A stretch of DNA of 64,000 bases from Candidatus Zixiibacteriota bacterium (GTDB lineage Bacteria; Zixibacteria; MSB-5A5; GN15; JAAZOE01): assembly GCA_030668485.1 (NCBI GenBank), contig DAOUTW010000006.1, positions 6,717-70,716 of the forward strand. The letters run 5' to 3'. Made by a program: the position numbers and the translations under genes. A model generated the notes under the pieces. That model ran no database searches. It was not told where the DNA came from and was given only the letters and a program-made list of their open reading frames with translations. Shown here piece by piece: positions 18,637 to 27,930 of this stretch (the stretch's first letter is position 1; the number at the start of each line of letters is the position of its first letter).

Positions 18637-20151
18637 ATGCGGGGGATGGGCATCAAATCATATTTCGCGATAATAGTTGGAATTCTGATTATCACGTCAA
18701 CTAGTGGTCATTGTAAGCTCTCGAGTTTCTGCGATTTCAGGGACACAACATTCACCGGACCTGTAGATGCCGATTACTGGCAAAGATCGTGGCGGTTTGG
18801 CTTCCCGGCTGGTAAGATTGGTCTCTCGGATAAGATTCGATTTTATTTTTCTATGTTATTCAACAATGCTACGTTTGATTCCGCTGCCAAATTTTCCAGC
18901 GCATCCTTTAATTCCACGGCCAATTTTTCCGACGCAACCTTCAATTCCTTAGCCGAATTTTCTGATGCGACCTTTGATTCCACGGCCGATTATTTTAGTG
19001 CGAACTTTAAATCCACGACCGATTTTAGTTTGGCGAACTTTCATTCCACGGCCGATTTTATGTACACGACCTTTGATTCCACGGCCGATTTCTCAATGGC
19101 AAACTTTTATTCCACAGCCGATTTTAGAAACGCGACCTTCGATGTCACAGCCTTTTTTTTGGAGACACGCTTTGTTTCCATTGCTGACTTTAGATTCGCT
19201 GAGTTCCGGGATAGAGTGCTTTTTAAACCCAACACATTACCTGAATTTTTGGATATGAGACATGTGACTCAAATAGCCAAGCCAATCGATATGACCTATT
19301 CTGGAAAAGCGCGAAGCGGGGAACGATGCAAAATCGCTCTGACCAAGGCGGATGTGAGCAAAATCTGGATTAATATGGAATTGTTTGAGGTATGGTTCCC
19401 TGCCGATACCTCATACCGCGCATCATGCATTTGGCACGACACGACTATCAAAAGCACATATCTGCCGATTAATAATAATCGATTTCTTGAGTATGAATAC
19501 AAAACCATGTACGCCATAGGTGATACCATGTTTGTAAGAGTACATACGCCCTCATTTGATAGTCAATTATATAAATTTGAATATGACACACTATACTCCA
19601 AATGCGACATGATAGTCGACACCACGATTTCGCCAAGTTATGACGATCAACTTGCCGTGTATGAAGGAGTTTTGAAGCAATTCGAAAATAGGGGTCGGAA
19701 AGAAAGTTATGAAATCCTCGATAAGGAATACCGGCATTTTGTGAATCGGCATAAAGGGGGAATCTATAAGGGGATTGATTGGTTCCAGAGTCTATGGTGG
19801 GGGTATGGGTATAATCCGGAACGGGTGTTCGGGATCACACTTGGATTGTGGCTACTCTTTACAATAATCAATCTTAAATTTTACCGTTGCCTGAATGAGA
19901 ATGTATACGCTGTGTCCTTCCTCGGGTCAAGAAGGCGGCCAATATTTGGCCGTCCCAAAACATGGATGCGGTATCTTCTCCAAACACTGGCATATACGGC
20001 GGTCGTATTTTTTGGCCTGAAAATGAGTCTTGATAAATTCCGAAAAGGTATAATCAAAGACCATCCGGTATTGTTTTCCTATCTGATGATCGTCTATGTA
20101 AGCGGTCTGGTGTGCTTTGGTTTTATTGTCAATATCATCTTCACCAAGTGA
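18637..20151 (+). CDS. Pentapeptide-repeat protein with C-terminal multi-TM domain
   Basis: Start set to the ATG at 18637, 7 nt after AAGGCGG. About 20 consecutive pentapeptide units (ATFDS AAKFS SASFN STANF SDATF ...). Three C-terminal hydrophobic helices: VFGITLGLWLLFTIINL, LLQTLAYTAVVFFGL and VLFSYLMIVYVSGLVCFGFIVNIIF. Confidence 0.85.
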   Translation: MRGMGIKSYFAIIVGILIITSTSGHCKLSSFCDFRDTTFTGPVDADYWQRSWRFGFPAGKIGLSDKIRFYFSMLFNNATFDSAAKFSSASFNSTANFSDATFNSLAEFSDATFDSTADYFSANFKSTTDFSLANFHSTADFMYTTFDSTADFSMANFYSTADFRNATFDVTAFFLETRFVSIADFRFAEFRDRVLFKPNTLPEFLDMRHVTQIAKPIDMTYSGKARSGERCKIALTKADVSKIWINMELFEVWFPADTSYRASCIWHDTTIKSTYLPINNNRFLEYEYKTMYAIGDTMFVRVHTPSFDSQLYKFEYDTLYSKCDMIVDTTISPSYDDQLAVYEGVLKQFENRGRKESYEILDKEYRHFVNRHKGGIYKGIDWFQSLWWGYGYNPERVFGITLGLWLLFTIINLKFYRCLNENVYAVSFLGSRRRPIFGRPKTWMRYLLQTLAYTAVVFFGLKMSLDKFRKGIIKDHPVLFSYLMIVYVSGLVCFGFIVNIIFTK

Positions 20152-20209
20152 TATGTCGGACGCGGCAATGTTAAATTTGGGGCAGACGGGGGCGTCTGCC
20201 GCCCACATA

Positions 20210-20314
20210 ATGGAGATCGCCACGTCGGCCAGGCAGGGCCTGATTCATGCTTTCGCCAGAATGATCCCGGTTGAGTGCATGAAGTAAGAATTTTGGGCCT
20301 TCTCGCGATGACGA
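20210..20314. repeat. REP-like element, family C (second copy)
   Basis: atggagatcgccacgtcggcc and gggccttctcgcgatgacgag are shared with 17768..17835. Confidence 0.7.
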
Positions 20315-20337
20315 GACCATTTAAGATATCATGCTAT

Positions 20338-20390
20338 CGTAGGGCAGGATCCGCGCCGAAGGCCCCGAGTTTATCGAGGGGGATCCTGCC
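20338..20390. repeat. Palindromic repeat, family B (copy 2, inverted relative to copy 1)
   Basis: cgtagGGCAGGATCCgcgccgaaggccccgagtttatcgaggGGGATCCTGCC. It is followed by a third related arm, gggatcacacggatcccgccctac. Confidence 0.75.
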
Positions 20391-20444
20391 ATTAAGAGGC
20401 GGGATCACACGGATCCCGCCCTACAAGATGTGTCATTTCAGAGT

Positions 20445-21233
20445 TTAATATTCCTCGATCGGTATTTCATAGATGTCGCCGTAGGTATCCCGTTCGGCGG
20501 CCAGAATCGGATCCCATTCACCGCGACGGCGGAGCAGGACCCTCGACCAGTCGTAAGGCGGAATCATGACATGATAGCAGAGTCTCAATTCCCAGTCGGC
20601 GTCAAGATAGGTCCAGTGCTCGACGACAAGGATACCGGGATAGGTGAGATAAGTCGACCAGATTCTCTCGGAAAAGTCGCCCAGTTCCGGGAATTCCGTT
20701 TCGAGCCAGGGGATGAAAGGCGCCAGTTCCTGATCGGCGACTTCCGGGTCCCAGCCGGGCCAGTCGATTATTTCGACTTCCAGCGGCAGTACCACGGTAT
20801 TACCGGTATATGAGGCTTTGACTTCGATGGTATAAGTGGTAATGGCGATCGAGCTACTGGGATTAATCGTTATCTCGGCAATTCTTTCGTCAAGATTCAG
20901 TATGGTCCGGTCGAGTTCGGCATTGAGGCGATTGTTGGCCTTGAGCGACAATCTGACATCACCAGAAAAACCCTCTTCAGGAACCAGTCGTATCACGAAA
21001 ATGCCACCGCTGGCCGAGCAACTGCGGATACTGGCCTCTCTGGCCTCAATCGAAAATCCGGCCACGCTTTTTGCAATCGAATCAACCGGTTTATAGAATT
21101 GATCGGTGACTGTCAAATATCCGGTATCACTAGGCGCTACGCCCGTTTCCTGGGAGCACCCGATAAACAGTATCCCCAAAATGAATATGGCGATCATCGG
21201 GAACATAGAAATAGAACCGTTTCTGAGGGACAT
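20445..21233 (-). CDS. Hypothetical lipoprotein
   Basis: AAGGAGG RBS and a lipobox-like signal MFPMIAIFILGILFIGC|SQE. No recognisable catalytic motif. Confidence 0.7.
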   Translation of the reverse strand: MSLRNGSISMFPMIAIFILGILFIGCSQETGVAPSDTGYLTVTDQFYKPVDSIAKSVAGFSIEAREASIRSCSASGGIFVIRLVPEEGFSGDVRLSLKANNRLNAELDRTILNLDERIAEITINPSSSIAITTYTIEVKASYTGNTVVLPLEVEIIDWPGWDPEVADQELAPFIPWLETEFPELGDFSERIWSTYLTYPGILVVEHWTYLDADWELRLCYHVMIPPYDWSRVLLRRRGEWDPILAAERDTYGDIYEIPIEEY

Positions 21234-21686
21234 TATGTCCTCCTTCCATGAGAAAATTAAATTGTTATCGGCGAGACTTGATGCACACCAATAAAGATGA
21301 CTTATACATCCATGTGTTGCGTAATATTAATGTTTCTTTCAAATATTTTTATTGCGGACCCATATTGAATCAACCCGAACCAACTCCATCCTATTTAAGC
21401 GCATCCTAATACTGTGACATTCGATTGCTAAGCTGTCGCCCTGCAATATCAATAGTCGTTGCGTATCATATGGCAAATAAATGAAAATCGGAATATCTAT
21501 AAATGCATCCCGGTTTTGGGGAACCTATGTTGCTATAAGTCAGTTATTTGAGTTAATTAGACTGAGGCTTTTGCAGGTGGCAACACGCAATTAGAAATTC
21601 GATCTGAAAAAAACACTGCCTGCACATGCAGATGCGAACATGAAAATTTAAACAACTTAAACTGATAAATTGAAAGGAGTATGAGG

Positions 21687-22499
21687 ATGGAAGGGATTTG
21701 GGAAAAACTGGCCGATTGGGGCGCGCTTTATGGGACCAAGGTTATCGGCGCTATCGCGATACTCGTTATCGGTCGTATCGTGGTCGGTATTTTGGCCAGC
21801 CTCGTGCGGCGATTGATGACCAAGGCCGATGTCGATGAAACTCTGACGAAATTTGTCATCAGCCTGGCTCGCATTCTACTCATGATCTTTATTGTATTGG
21901 CCGCCCTCAGCACTCTGGGTGTGGAAACGACATCATTTATAGCCATTCTTGGCGCCGCCGGTTTGGCTGTCGGTTTTGCATTGCAGGGCTCGCTGTCGAA
22001 TTTCGCATCGGGAGTTATGCTTATTATATTCCGTCCGTTCAAGGTTGGGGACTTTGTCGAGGCCGGCGGAACTTCAGGTTCGATCGAGGCGATCCAGATA
22101 TTCAATACTATTCTCAAGACGCCGGACAATAAGACAGTGATTATTCCCAATAGCAATGTCACCGGTGGTAACATCACCAATTATTCAGCCAAGGAAGAGC
22201 GACGGGTCGATATGGTTTTCGGAATCGGCTATGATGATGATTTGAAAAAAGCCAAGCAGATTTTGGAGAAATTGATTACCGATGATTCCCGGATATTGAA
22301 AGATCCGGCGCCGACCGTGGCCGTTTCCGAGTTGGCTGACAGTTCGGTCAATTTTGTTGTCCGCCCCTGGGTCAAGTCCGCCGATTACTGGGCCGTGTAC
22401 TGGGATTTCACCGAAAAAGTAAAACTTACTTTGGATGCCGAAGGTATCTCGATTCCATATCCGCAACAGGATGTCCACATGCATCAGGTCGCGGCCTGA
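21687..22499 (+). CDS. mscS: Small-conductance mechanosensitive channel (MscS family)
   Basis: Three N-terminal TM helices, then GSLSNFASGVMLIIFRPFKVGDFVEAGGTSGSIEAIQIFNTILKTPDNKTVIIPNSNV. The ATG at 21687 is preferred because it has 7-nt spacing from AAGGAG; 21681 has 1-nt spacing. Confidence 0.92.
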   Translation: MEGIWEKLADWGALYGTKVIGAIAILVIGRIVVGILASLVRRLMTKADVDETLTKFVISLARILLMIFIVLAALSTLGVETTSFIAILGAAGLAVGFALQGSLSNFASGVMLIIFRPFKVGDFVEAGGTSGSIEAIQIFNTILKTPDNKTVIIPNSNVTGGNITNYSAKEERRVDMVFGIGYDDDLKKAKQILEKLITDDSRILKDPAPTVAVSELADSSVNFVVRPWVKSADYWAVYWDFTEKVKLTLDAEGISIPYPQQDVHMHQVAA

Positions 22500-22550
22500 T
22501 TCATTGCACCATAACGGATGATTTTGAACAAGGAAGATAAGGAGGTATAA

Positions 22551-23522
22551 ATGTCACTCAAAGCGAAGGTACTTGTCTTAATTTTTGCCTTCCTGGTTTT
22601 AATCCCGGTTTCTCAGGCGACGGCTCAGGACACCACTGCGACCGGGTGGAAGACATCGCTGGTGTTCGATATGACCGCTAACCAGACTGCATATTCCGAT
22701 TCGTGGACCGGCGGCGAAGCCGGTGCATTGAGTTGGGTTTCCAATCTCAACGGGTCTGCCGAAAAGCAGCTCTCACCCTCATTTAATTTCACCTCGAGGT
22801 TGAAGCTATCTTTCGGGCAAACTCATACCCAGCAAACCGACACCCTCGGCAATAAGTACTGGGAGAAGCCAAAAAAATCGACCGATCTGATCGACTGGGA
22901 AAATGTCGGGCGATTGACCAAAGGATGGGCGGTTGATCCCTATTTCGCGCTCAGGCTGGAGTCACAGTTCATGGACGCTTCCGTCGATTCTGTAAAGCGC
23001 TATTTGACCCCATTGAGGCTTACTGAGTCGGCCGGTATTGCCAGAAAGCTATATGCACAAGACAAGGATGAGATTATAAGTCGCCTCGGTATCGCAATAC
23101 GTGAGACGTTTATCAAGGGCTTGGAAAAGATTATTGTAGAGGATACTGCTATTTCTGTAGATGAGACCGATACCACCATCACGGTTTATCAGCATTATGT
23201 GCGCGATGACACCACTTTGACCGATGGCGGTATCGAATGGGTGACCGACGCCAAGCTGACACTGCATGAAAATATCCAGTATACCGGCAAGTTGACCCTG
23301 TATAAAGCTTTCTTCTTCTCGGAAAAAGACCAGGTTCAGGGGAAAATAGAAGAAGATTACTGGAGGTCGATCGACGTCAACTGGGAGAATATCCTTTCGG
23401 CCAAGATTACCAAGTTGATCACCGTCAACTTTTACCTGCAGTTATTGTATGACAAGCAAGTGGAAGCGCGGGGACGCTTGAAGGAAACGCTCGGTGTCGG
23501 ATTCGTTTATTCACTGCTCTGA
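22551..23522 (+). CDS. Outer-membrane beta-barrel protein (DUF3078-like, tentative)
   Basis: AAGGAGG RBS and signal peptide ending SQATAQ. Alternating-hydrophobicity strands throughout. ANQTAYSDSWTGGEAGALSW resembles the DUF3078 signature. Confidence 0.6.
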   Translation: MSLKAKVLVLIFAFLVLIPVSQATAQDTTATGWKTSLVFDMTANQTAYSDSWTGGEAGALSWVSNLNGSAEKQLSPSFNFTSRLKLSFGQTHTQQTDTLGNKYWEKPKKSTDLIDWENVGRLTKGWAVDPYFALRLESQFMDASVDSVKRYLTPLRLTESAGIARKLYAQDKDEIISRLGIAIRETFIKGLEKIIVEDTAISVDETDTTITVYQHYVRDDTTLTDGGIEWVTDAKLTLHENIQYTGKLTLYKAFFFSEKDQVQGKIEEDYWRSIDVNWENILSAKITKLITVNFYLQLLYDKQVEARGRLKETLGVGFVYSLL

Positions 23523-23544
23523 TCCCGAATGTGGCTTTACAAAT

Positions 23545-23617
23545 AAAAAAACACCGGGCCGCTTCAACCGTCAGGAGCTCCTGCGGTTTGTGCTCTGGCC
23601 CGGTGTCTTCCTTTTTG
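23545..23617. terminator. Bidirectional hairpin between convergent genes
   Basis: A-run, then ACACCGGGCC ... GGCCCGGTGT (10-bp outer stem with an inner sub-stem), then CTTCCTTTTT. Confidence 0.5.
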
Positions 23618-23674
23618 GCGCAAGGTCTTGCTAATTCCGACAACTGTATCACACCGATATTAGCTACCGGACGA

Positions 23675-26600
23675 TTACTTCATCAATACCATCTTCTTCT
23701 CAGCAGTAAAGTCATCGGATGTGATGCGATAGAAGTATATACCGCTGGAAACCTTGCTTCCCGATTCGCTTCTACTATCCCATTGTACACTGTGAATTCC
23801 CGCTTCTTCACGGCCATCGAGAAGGGTCGCAACTCTCTGACCCAGGACATTGAAGACCTCAATCCTGACATGCGAAGGAGCCGGTAATTCATAAAAGATG
23901 GTGGTGTTGGGGTTGAACGGATTCGGATAATTCTGATGGAGGGAGTATTCCGAAGGCAGAATACCCTGTTTATCGATAGTAACCTCCAGGAGATTTCCGT
24001 AATAATCGGACAACTGCGCTTCGGTCATCACGATTTCGCCCTCGTTGTCAATCGGAATTGCGAAAACACTCTCCAGGCCGGCAGGGATTCTGATGTCCTT
24101 CTCCATACTATACACCAGGACTTTCAGTATTCCGTCGGCATCGCTGTACTTCAGGGTCATATCGGAAGCGCCGTTAATTAACTGCGGTTCACCTATATCA
24201 TAACCCGAATGATTGAAAACGAAGTACCCGGCGCCGATATCTGCAGTCGATGAAGTCGAAACTCCCACTGCGGAATGGTTGACTGAGGTGTGCACCGAGG
24301 CTTCCTCGGCATAAGGAGTCAGTTTCGGATACGGCGGGGCATCGCCGGTGATGACGCGCACCTGATAAACCAGATCCGCTACCGAGAGAGCAATACCATC
24401 AGCGTTGACATCCGAGGCCGCAATTGAGGCCTCAACATGATCACCGAAGGCACTCAGGCCATTGATGAAGTAATTGGTGAACATTACCGCGTCGGCGATT
24501 TCATTGGGAAGACCGTTGCAGTTAATATCCCCGCGGAGATCGATACTATCGGAACATACAATATCAATCCCGCCATTGACAAAGCCGGGGCAGCGTTCGG
24601 CTGAGGGTTTATCAGGGTCGGGATTTAGACAAAAATCAGGCGCTCCGACAAACGGAATTCGCTCATCTTCGGGGAACTGATCATCATCGTCTTCATCCCA
24701 GATCAGATTACCCTCAAAATCATAGATGGCGCGGTCGATATACAATATCTGGCCATCAATACTTGAAATGGCATTGTCATTACAGTCGTCCCAGAAGAAA
24801 TAAATGGGCACATACTGGCATTCATAGGTTCTGTCATTGGTGACGAAGAATGTCATGGTCGCCAGTTCATGTGGATCGGTGTCGGGCGGGCCGTAGCATG
24901 ACGGATGGTTGGGGCCGTTATTGGTTTCGGCGATAGCTATAATACGAAGAAGTCCGGACGGGCAGGCATCACCGCAATTACCGTCAACACCGTAGCGATA
25001 AGTGAAGTACTCCCAACCGCAGTCTTCCAACAATTGTCCCGGCTCAGCTTCAGTAAAGGCCAGCGCCGAGGCATCATAGGCGATGAGGAAGTCGAAGCCA
25101 CCCATGTCGAGGTCCCAATCTTCGACTGTAATTGAAACATCCTGGTAATGCCCCTGGAGGGTTTGGTGGGTTTTTTCGATGGCAATAATCGATTTGCAAG
25201 CCGGCGGACATTGCTTAGGAAAGAGGCAGATGCTGTCCAAGCCGATTTCCTCCAGTTGCCATGAGTTCCAGTCAAAATGGAATTTAAGATCAGTGACATC
25301 GCTAAGAAGAAGTTCCCACTTGGTTTCGAGAGCGTTGTTCATTGTCCAACCGGGGGGAAGCTTGCCGGTGAAATTCAAACCATAGATCGGCGCACAAATA
25401 TGAGTCCAAGGGTCGCTCTCCGTCATAGGGGCGCCTCTGAACGTCGCGCTAACAGCGGGAAAAGCATTATTGTTGTAAATCGTAAATGCGGGTGTTCTCG
25501 GAGTGGGGATAGAATTATCGTTGTCGCCATCGTTGAAAATACGGTAGTAGAAACACAATTGGCCGCATCCTCCATACAACATGCTGGGATCATAATCTTT
25601 AAATGCACCCATCCAGTCGCCATCGCAATCATCGGGCGCGCAGATAGCAGATGCATTGGCGTCATCTTTGGCGCGGAGATAATAATCAGTGCTTAAGCCG
25701 GTGGGACCACCACCGTCAGCAGTAGAAAGCCAGAGTGTAACATTGGGCGCATCCGGACAGGCCGCCCAGCCATGCAATTGAGAATCATCCTGGAAATTGG
25801 TGCAGCATGGCAGTGAAGGCTTGGGGGGAATAGGCAGGCTATCCACAATGCATATACTGTCTAAACCAATTTCATCATCCTGAGTCGGCTGCCAATCTAA
25901 GAAAAACCTTAGAGCAACAACATCTATCATGAGAGCATTCCAACGAGCACCCCAAGTATTATAAGGGATTGCGGGATCCATTTCCCAGTGTCCATAGGCG
26001 TTATTAGGAAGCGGATCACCCGGCCACACGTATTCAATAGGTGCATAGAAACGGTGCCAACCGGGGCTGTGACCAGCAGGTTCTGTTATAGGGAATTTGG
26101 GTCTGAATATTGCCCTATCGGTTGAACTTAGGATGTCGATGGCGTAATAGATATCATTAGACCCAGTAGCGTCGCCATCATTCAAAATCTGGACATAGTA
26201 ACTGAGAGCGGTATTCCCACCGGGAAAGAACACACTCCAATCGCCGTGGCAATCATCAGGGCCACAGATTATGGAAGATTCCCCAACACCATTCGCTAAA
26301 TCCTTAGCGCGTAGGTAATAATCAGTGCTTAAGCCAGTGGGTCCGGGCTGATCAATCGAGACAGTTACTCTATGATCAGGGGTTGGACAAGGTCCCCAGC
26401 CATGAAGAGATTGGTCATCATAACCGGTGCAACACTCCCCCAATTCCTCCTGCAGTTCGTTGCCGCCGAGTTCATAGAGAGTACTCCACCCGGTGGCCCA
26501 GAAATGGCCCATAGGGCCAAACCCCATTCCCTCAACATCATCTGCGCTGCCTCCTCCTGAATAGGAAAAGACATTGACCTCATCCCAGCCGTTATAACTT

Positions 26601-27334
26601 CCGACGCCGGTATATTCGAATTGGCCGAGTTTATCACTTGTCATATCCGAAATCCAGAGATATCCATTGACGAATTCCATTCCATCATGATGACTGCCGG
26701 CGTAACCAGGAGAGTAATCAAATATCTGGGACCAGGCTGTACTTGCCGGCCCCCAACTCCAGATGCGCCGGCTGTAGCTGTCGCCGCCTCCGTACCAGGT
26801 CTGAGTATTGGCGTCATAGCCTAAAGACTGTGAGTGAGTAAGTGTACTATTAACGACTCTCCCCAGGTAGGTTCCGGGCAATCCGTTAGGTAGTTTGGTC
26901 CATTGGTGGATACCCCCGTTAGAGGCGACGAGCCCCCCTGTGGGGCCAAAGTATATGTGTGTATCATCAACATAAAACTCATTTTCTTGCTGATCAAACC
27001 ACCCCCCAATATCATTAGCAATATCATAGCTCCCAATAAGGGTCAATGTCCGAGTTGCCATCGGCAGTGCCAATGCCGGAACGGAATGTCCCAGATGCCA
27101 TTCCGGATTATCCCCAGCCGGAATCGAAACCTCATATACGTCACAATAAGGTTGCCTTGCCACGTAAATGAGGCCATGGTTATAGTCCACTCGGTATCCT
27201 CCGCAAGCTTGCCCCCCTAGGAATGGCGATGAGGTAGTATTAAAACTCGCGTAGCTCAAAAAAGTCTGAGCCGCAAGAGGCCCGGTTAGAAATAAGCAAA
27301 TCAGTATCACCCAAGCTTTGACAATCTTTTTCAT
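23675..27334 (-). CDS. Large secreted multi-module protein: duplicated Cys-rich domains, cohesin-like module, divergent dockerin and T9SS-type C-terminal sorting domain (candidate surface scaffold)
   Basis: AAGGAGG RBS and signal peptide MKKIVKAWVILICLFLTGPLAAQ. The modules are listed as separate features below. Confidence 0.9.
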   Translation of the reverse strand: MKKIVKAWVILICLFLTGPLAAQTFLSYASFNTTSSPFLGGQACGGYRVDYNHGLIYVARQPYCDVYEVSIPAGDNPEWHLGHSVPALALPMATRTLTLIGSYDIANDIGGWFDQQENEFYVDDTHIYFGPTGGLVASNGGIHQWTKLPNGLPGTYLGRVVNSTLTHSQSLGYDANTQTWYGGGDSYSRRIWSWGPASTAWSQIFDYSPGYAGSHHDGMEFVNGYLWISDMTSDKLGQFEYTGVGSYNGWDEVNVFSYSGGGSADDVEGMGFGPMGHFWATGWSTLYELGGNELQEELGECCTGYDDQSLHGWGPCPTPDHRVTVSIDQPGPTGLSTDYYLRAKDLANGVGESSIICGPDDCHGDWSVFFPGGNTALSYYVQILNDGDATGSNDIYYAIDILSSTDRAIFRPKFPITEPAGHSPGWHRFYAPIEYVWPGDPLPNNAYGHWEMDPAIPYNTWGARWNALMIDVVALRFFLDWQPTQDDEIGLDSICIVDSLPIPPKPSLPCCTNFQDDSQLHGWAACPDAPNVTLWLSTADGGGPTGLSTDYYLRAKDDANASAICAPDDCDGDWMGAFKDYDPSMLYGGCGQLCFYYRIFNDGDNDNSIPTPRTPAFTIYNNNAFPAVSATFRGAPMTESDPWTHICAPIYGLNFTGKLPPGWTMNNALETKWELLLSDVTDLKFHFDWNSWQLEEIGLDSICLFPKQCPPACKSIIAIEKTHQTLQGHYQDVSITVEDWDLDMGGFDFLIAYDASALAFTEAEPGQLLEDCGWEYFTYRYGVDGNCGDACPSGLLRIIAIAETNNGPNHPSCYGPPDTDPHELATMTFFVTNDRTYECQYVPIYFFWDDCNDNAISSIDGQILYIDRAIYDFEGNLIWDEDDDDQFPEDERIPFVGAPDFCLNPDPDKPSAERCPGFVNGGIDIVCSDSIDLRGDINCNGLPNEIADAVMFTNYFINGLSAFGDHVEASIAASDVNADGIALSVADLVYQVRVITGDAPPYPKLTPYAEEASVHTSVNHSAVGVSTSSTADIGAGYFVFNHSGYDIGEPQLINGASDMTLKYSDADGILKVLVYSMEKDIRIPAGLESVFAIPIDNEGEIVMTEAQLSDYYGNLLEVTIDKQGILPSEYSLHQNYPNPFNPNTTIFYELPAPSHVRIEVFNVLGQRVATLLDGREEAGIHSVQWDSRSESGSKVSSGIYFYRITSDDFTAEKKMVLMK
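23678..23941 (-). other. T9SS-type (Por_Secre_tail / FlgD-Ig-like) C-terminal domain
   Basis: LHQNYPNPFNPNTTIFYELPAPSHVRIEVFNVLGQRVATLLDG...SGIYFYRITSDDFTAEKKMVLMK. It shares the signature with the C-termini at 48865..49134 and 59887..60156. Confidence 0.8.
24343..24532 (-). other. Internal divergent dockerin-like module
   Basis: Two EF-hand-like segments, GDINCNGLPNEIADAVMFTNYFING and SDVNADGIALSVADLVYQVRVITG. The sequence is clearly different from the [20 protein letters not shown] type carried by the enzymes. Confidence 0.6.
24720..25195 (-). other. Cohesin-like module
   Basis: IAIEKTHQTLQGHYQDVSITVEDWDLDMGGFDFLIAYDASALAFTEAEPGQLL...LLRIIAIAE...ELATMTFFVTND...YVPIYFFW. The pattern parallels clostridial cohesins (V.IPV....I...DF...YDP..LE.....G.I...). 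Called by eye only. Confidence 0.5.
25200..26435 (-). repeat. Internal tandem duplication of a ~205-aa Cys-rich domain of unknown function
   Basis: Copy 1 (26435..25803): CCTGYDDQSLHGWGPCP...GPTGLSTDYYLRAKD...CGPDDCHGDW...IGLDSICIV. Copy 2 (25806..25200): CCTNFQDDSQLHGWAACP...GPTGLSTDYYLRAKD...CAPDDCDGDW...IGLDSICLF. Confidence 0.8.
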
Positions 27335-27780
27335 ATTCTCCTCCTTATGTGACCGACCATTATCCTGCCATCCTGCTCGAATGTCGGGTTCTCTGACGGT
27401 CGTTATCTATGGCGTTGGCGGGGCAAAAGGCATGTAGATTCAGGCCCGACCGCCAACAATGAACAATGCCGGTAAAAAGTTCGACTCCAATCCTCATAGC
27501 CAGTAGGGCAGAAATCGAGGACTTCTTGGGCAGAGAAGTAATGGCGTACATGTTTTGCTCCGACTGGCCAAGAAGGCAACAATTTTAACAACTTACATTT
27601 GCCTGATATTTGACGCCTTTCAAACAGCAGTATATAACCGGTAGCAAAAATGTAAAGCTGATGAAGATGCGCGGTGATTTTCCCCTGAGCTTGGTGAGAT
27701 TATACTATTTTAAATGGTAATTGTCAAGATGTTTTTAAAGATTATTAATAATATCAATTTCTGGGGGATAAAAGCAGTCG

Positions 27781-27808
27781 TTGACAAAATCGGCAATATT
27801 CGTATTTT
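27781..27808 (+). promoter_or_regulatory. Sigma-70-type promoter candidate
   Basis: TTGACA, 16-nt spacer, TATTTT. The same architecture occurs at 44724..44751. Confidence 0.4.
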
Positions 27809-27930
27809 ATCTGTAGGTAACAGGTCCCGGGAAGATATCACCGAGATCTGTCTTGTTACTGCAGAAATCGCGTCCCACGACGCCTCATGTTGCAACCCTC
27901 ACCGCCTGCAGCACCCTTTGGGAGGGAAAG

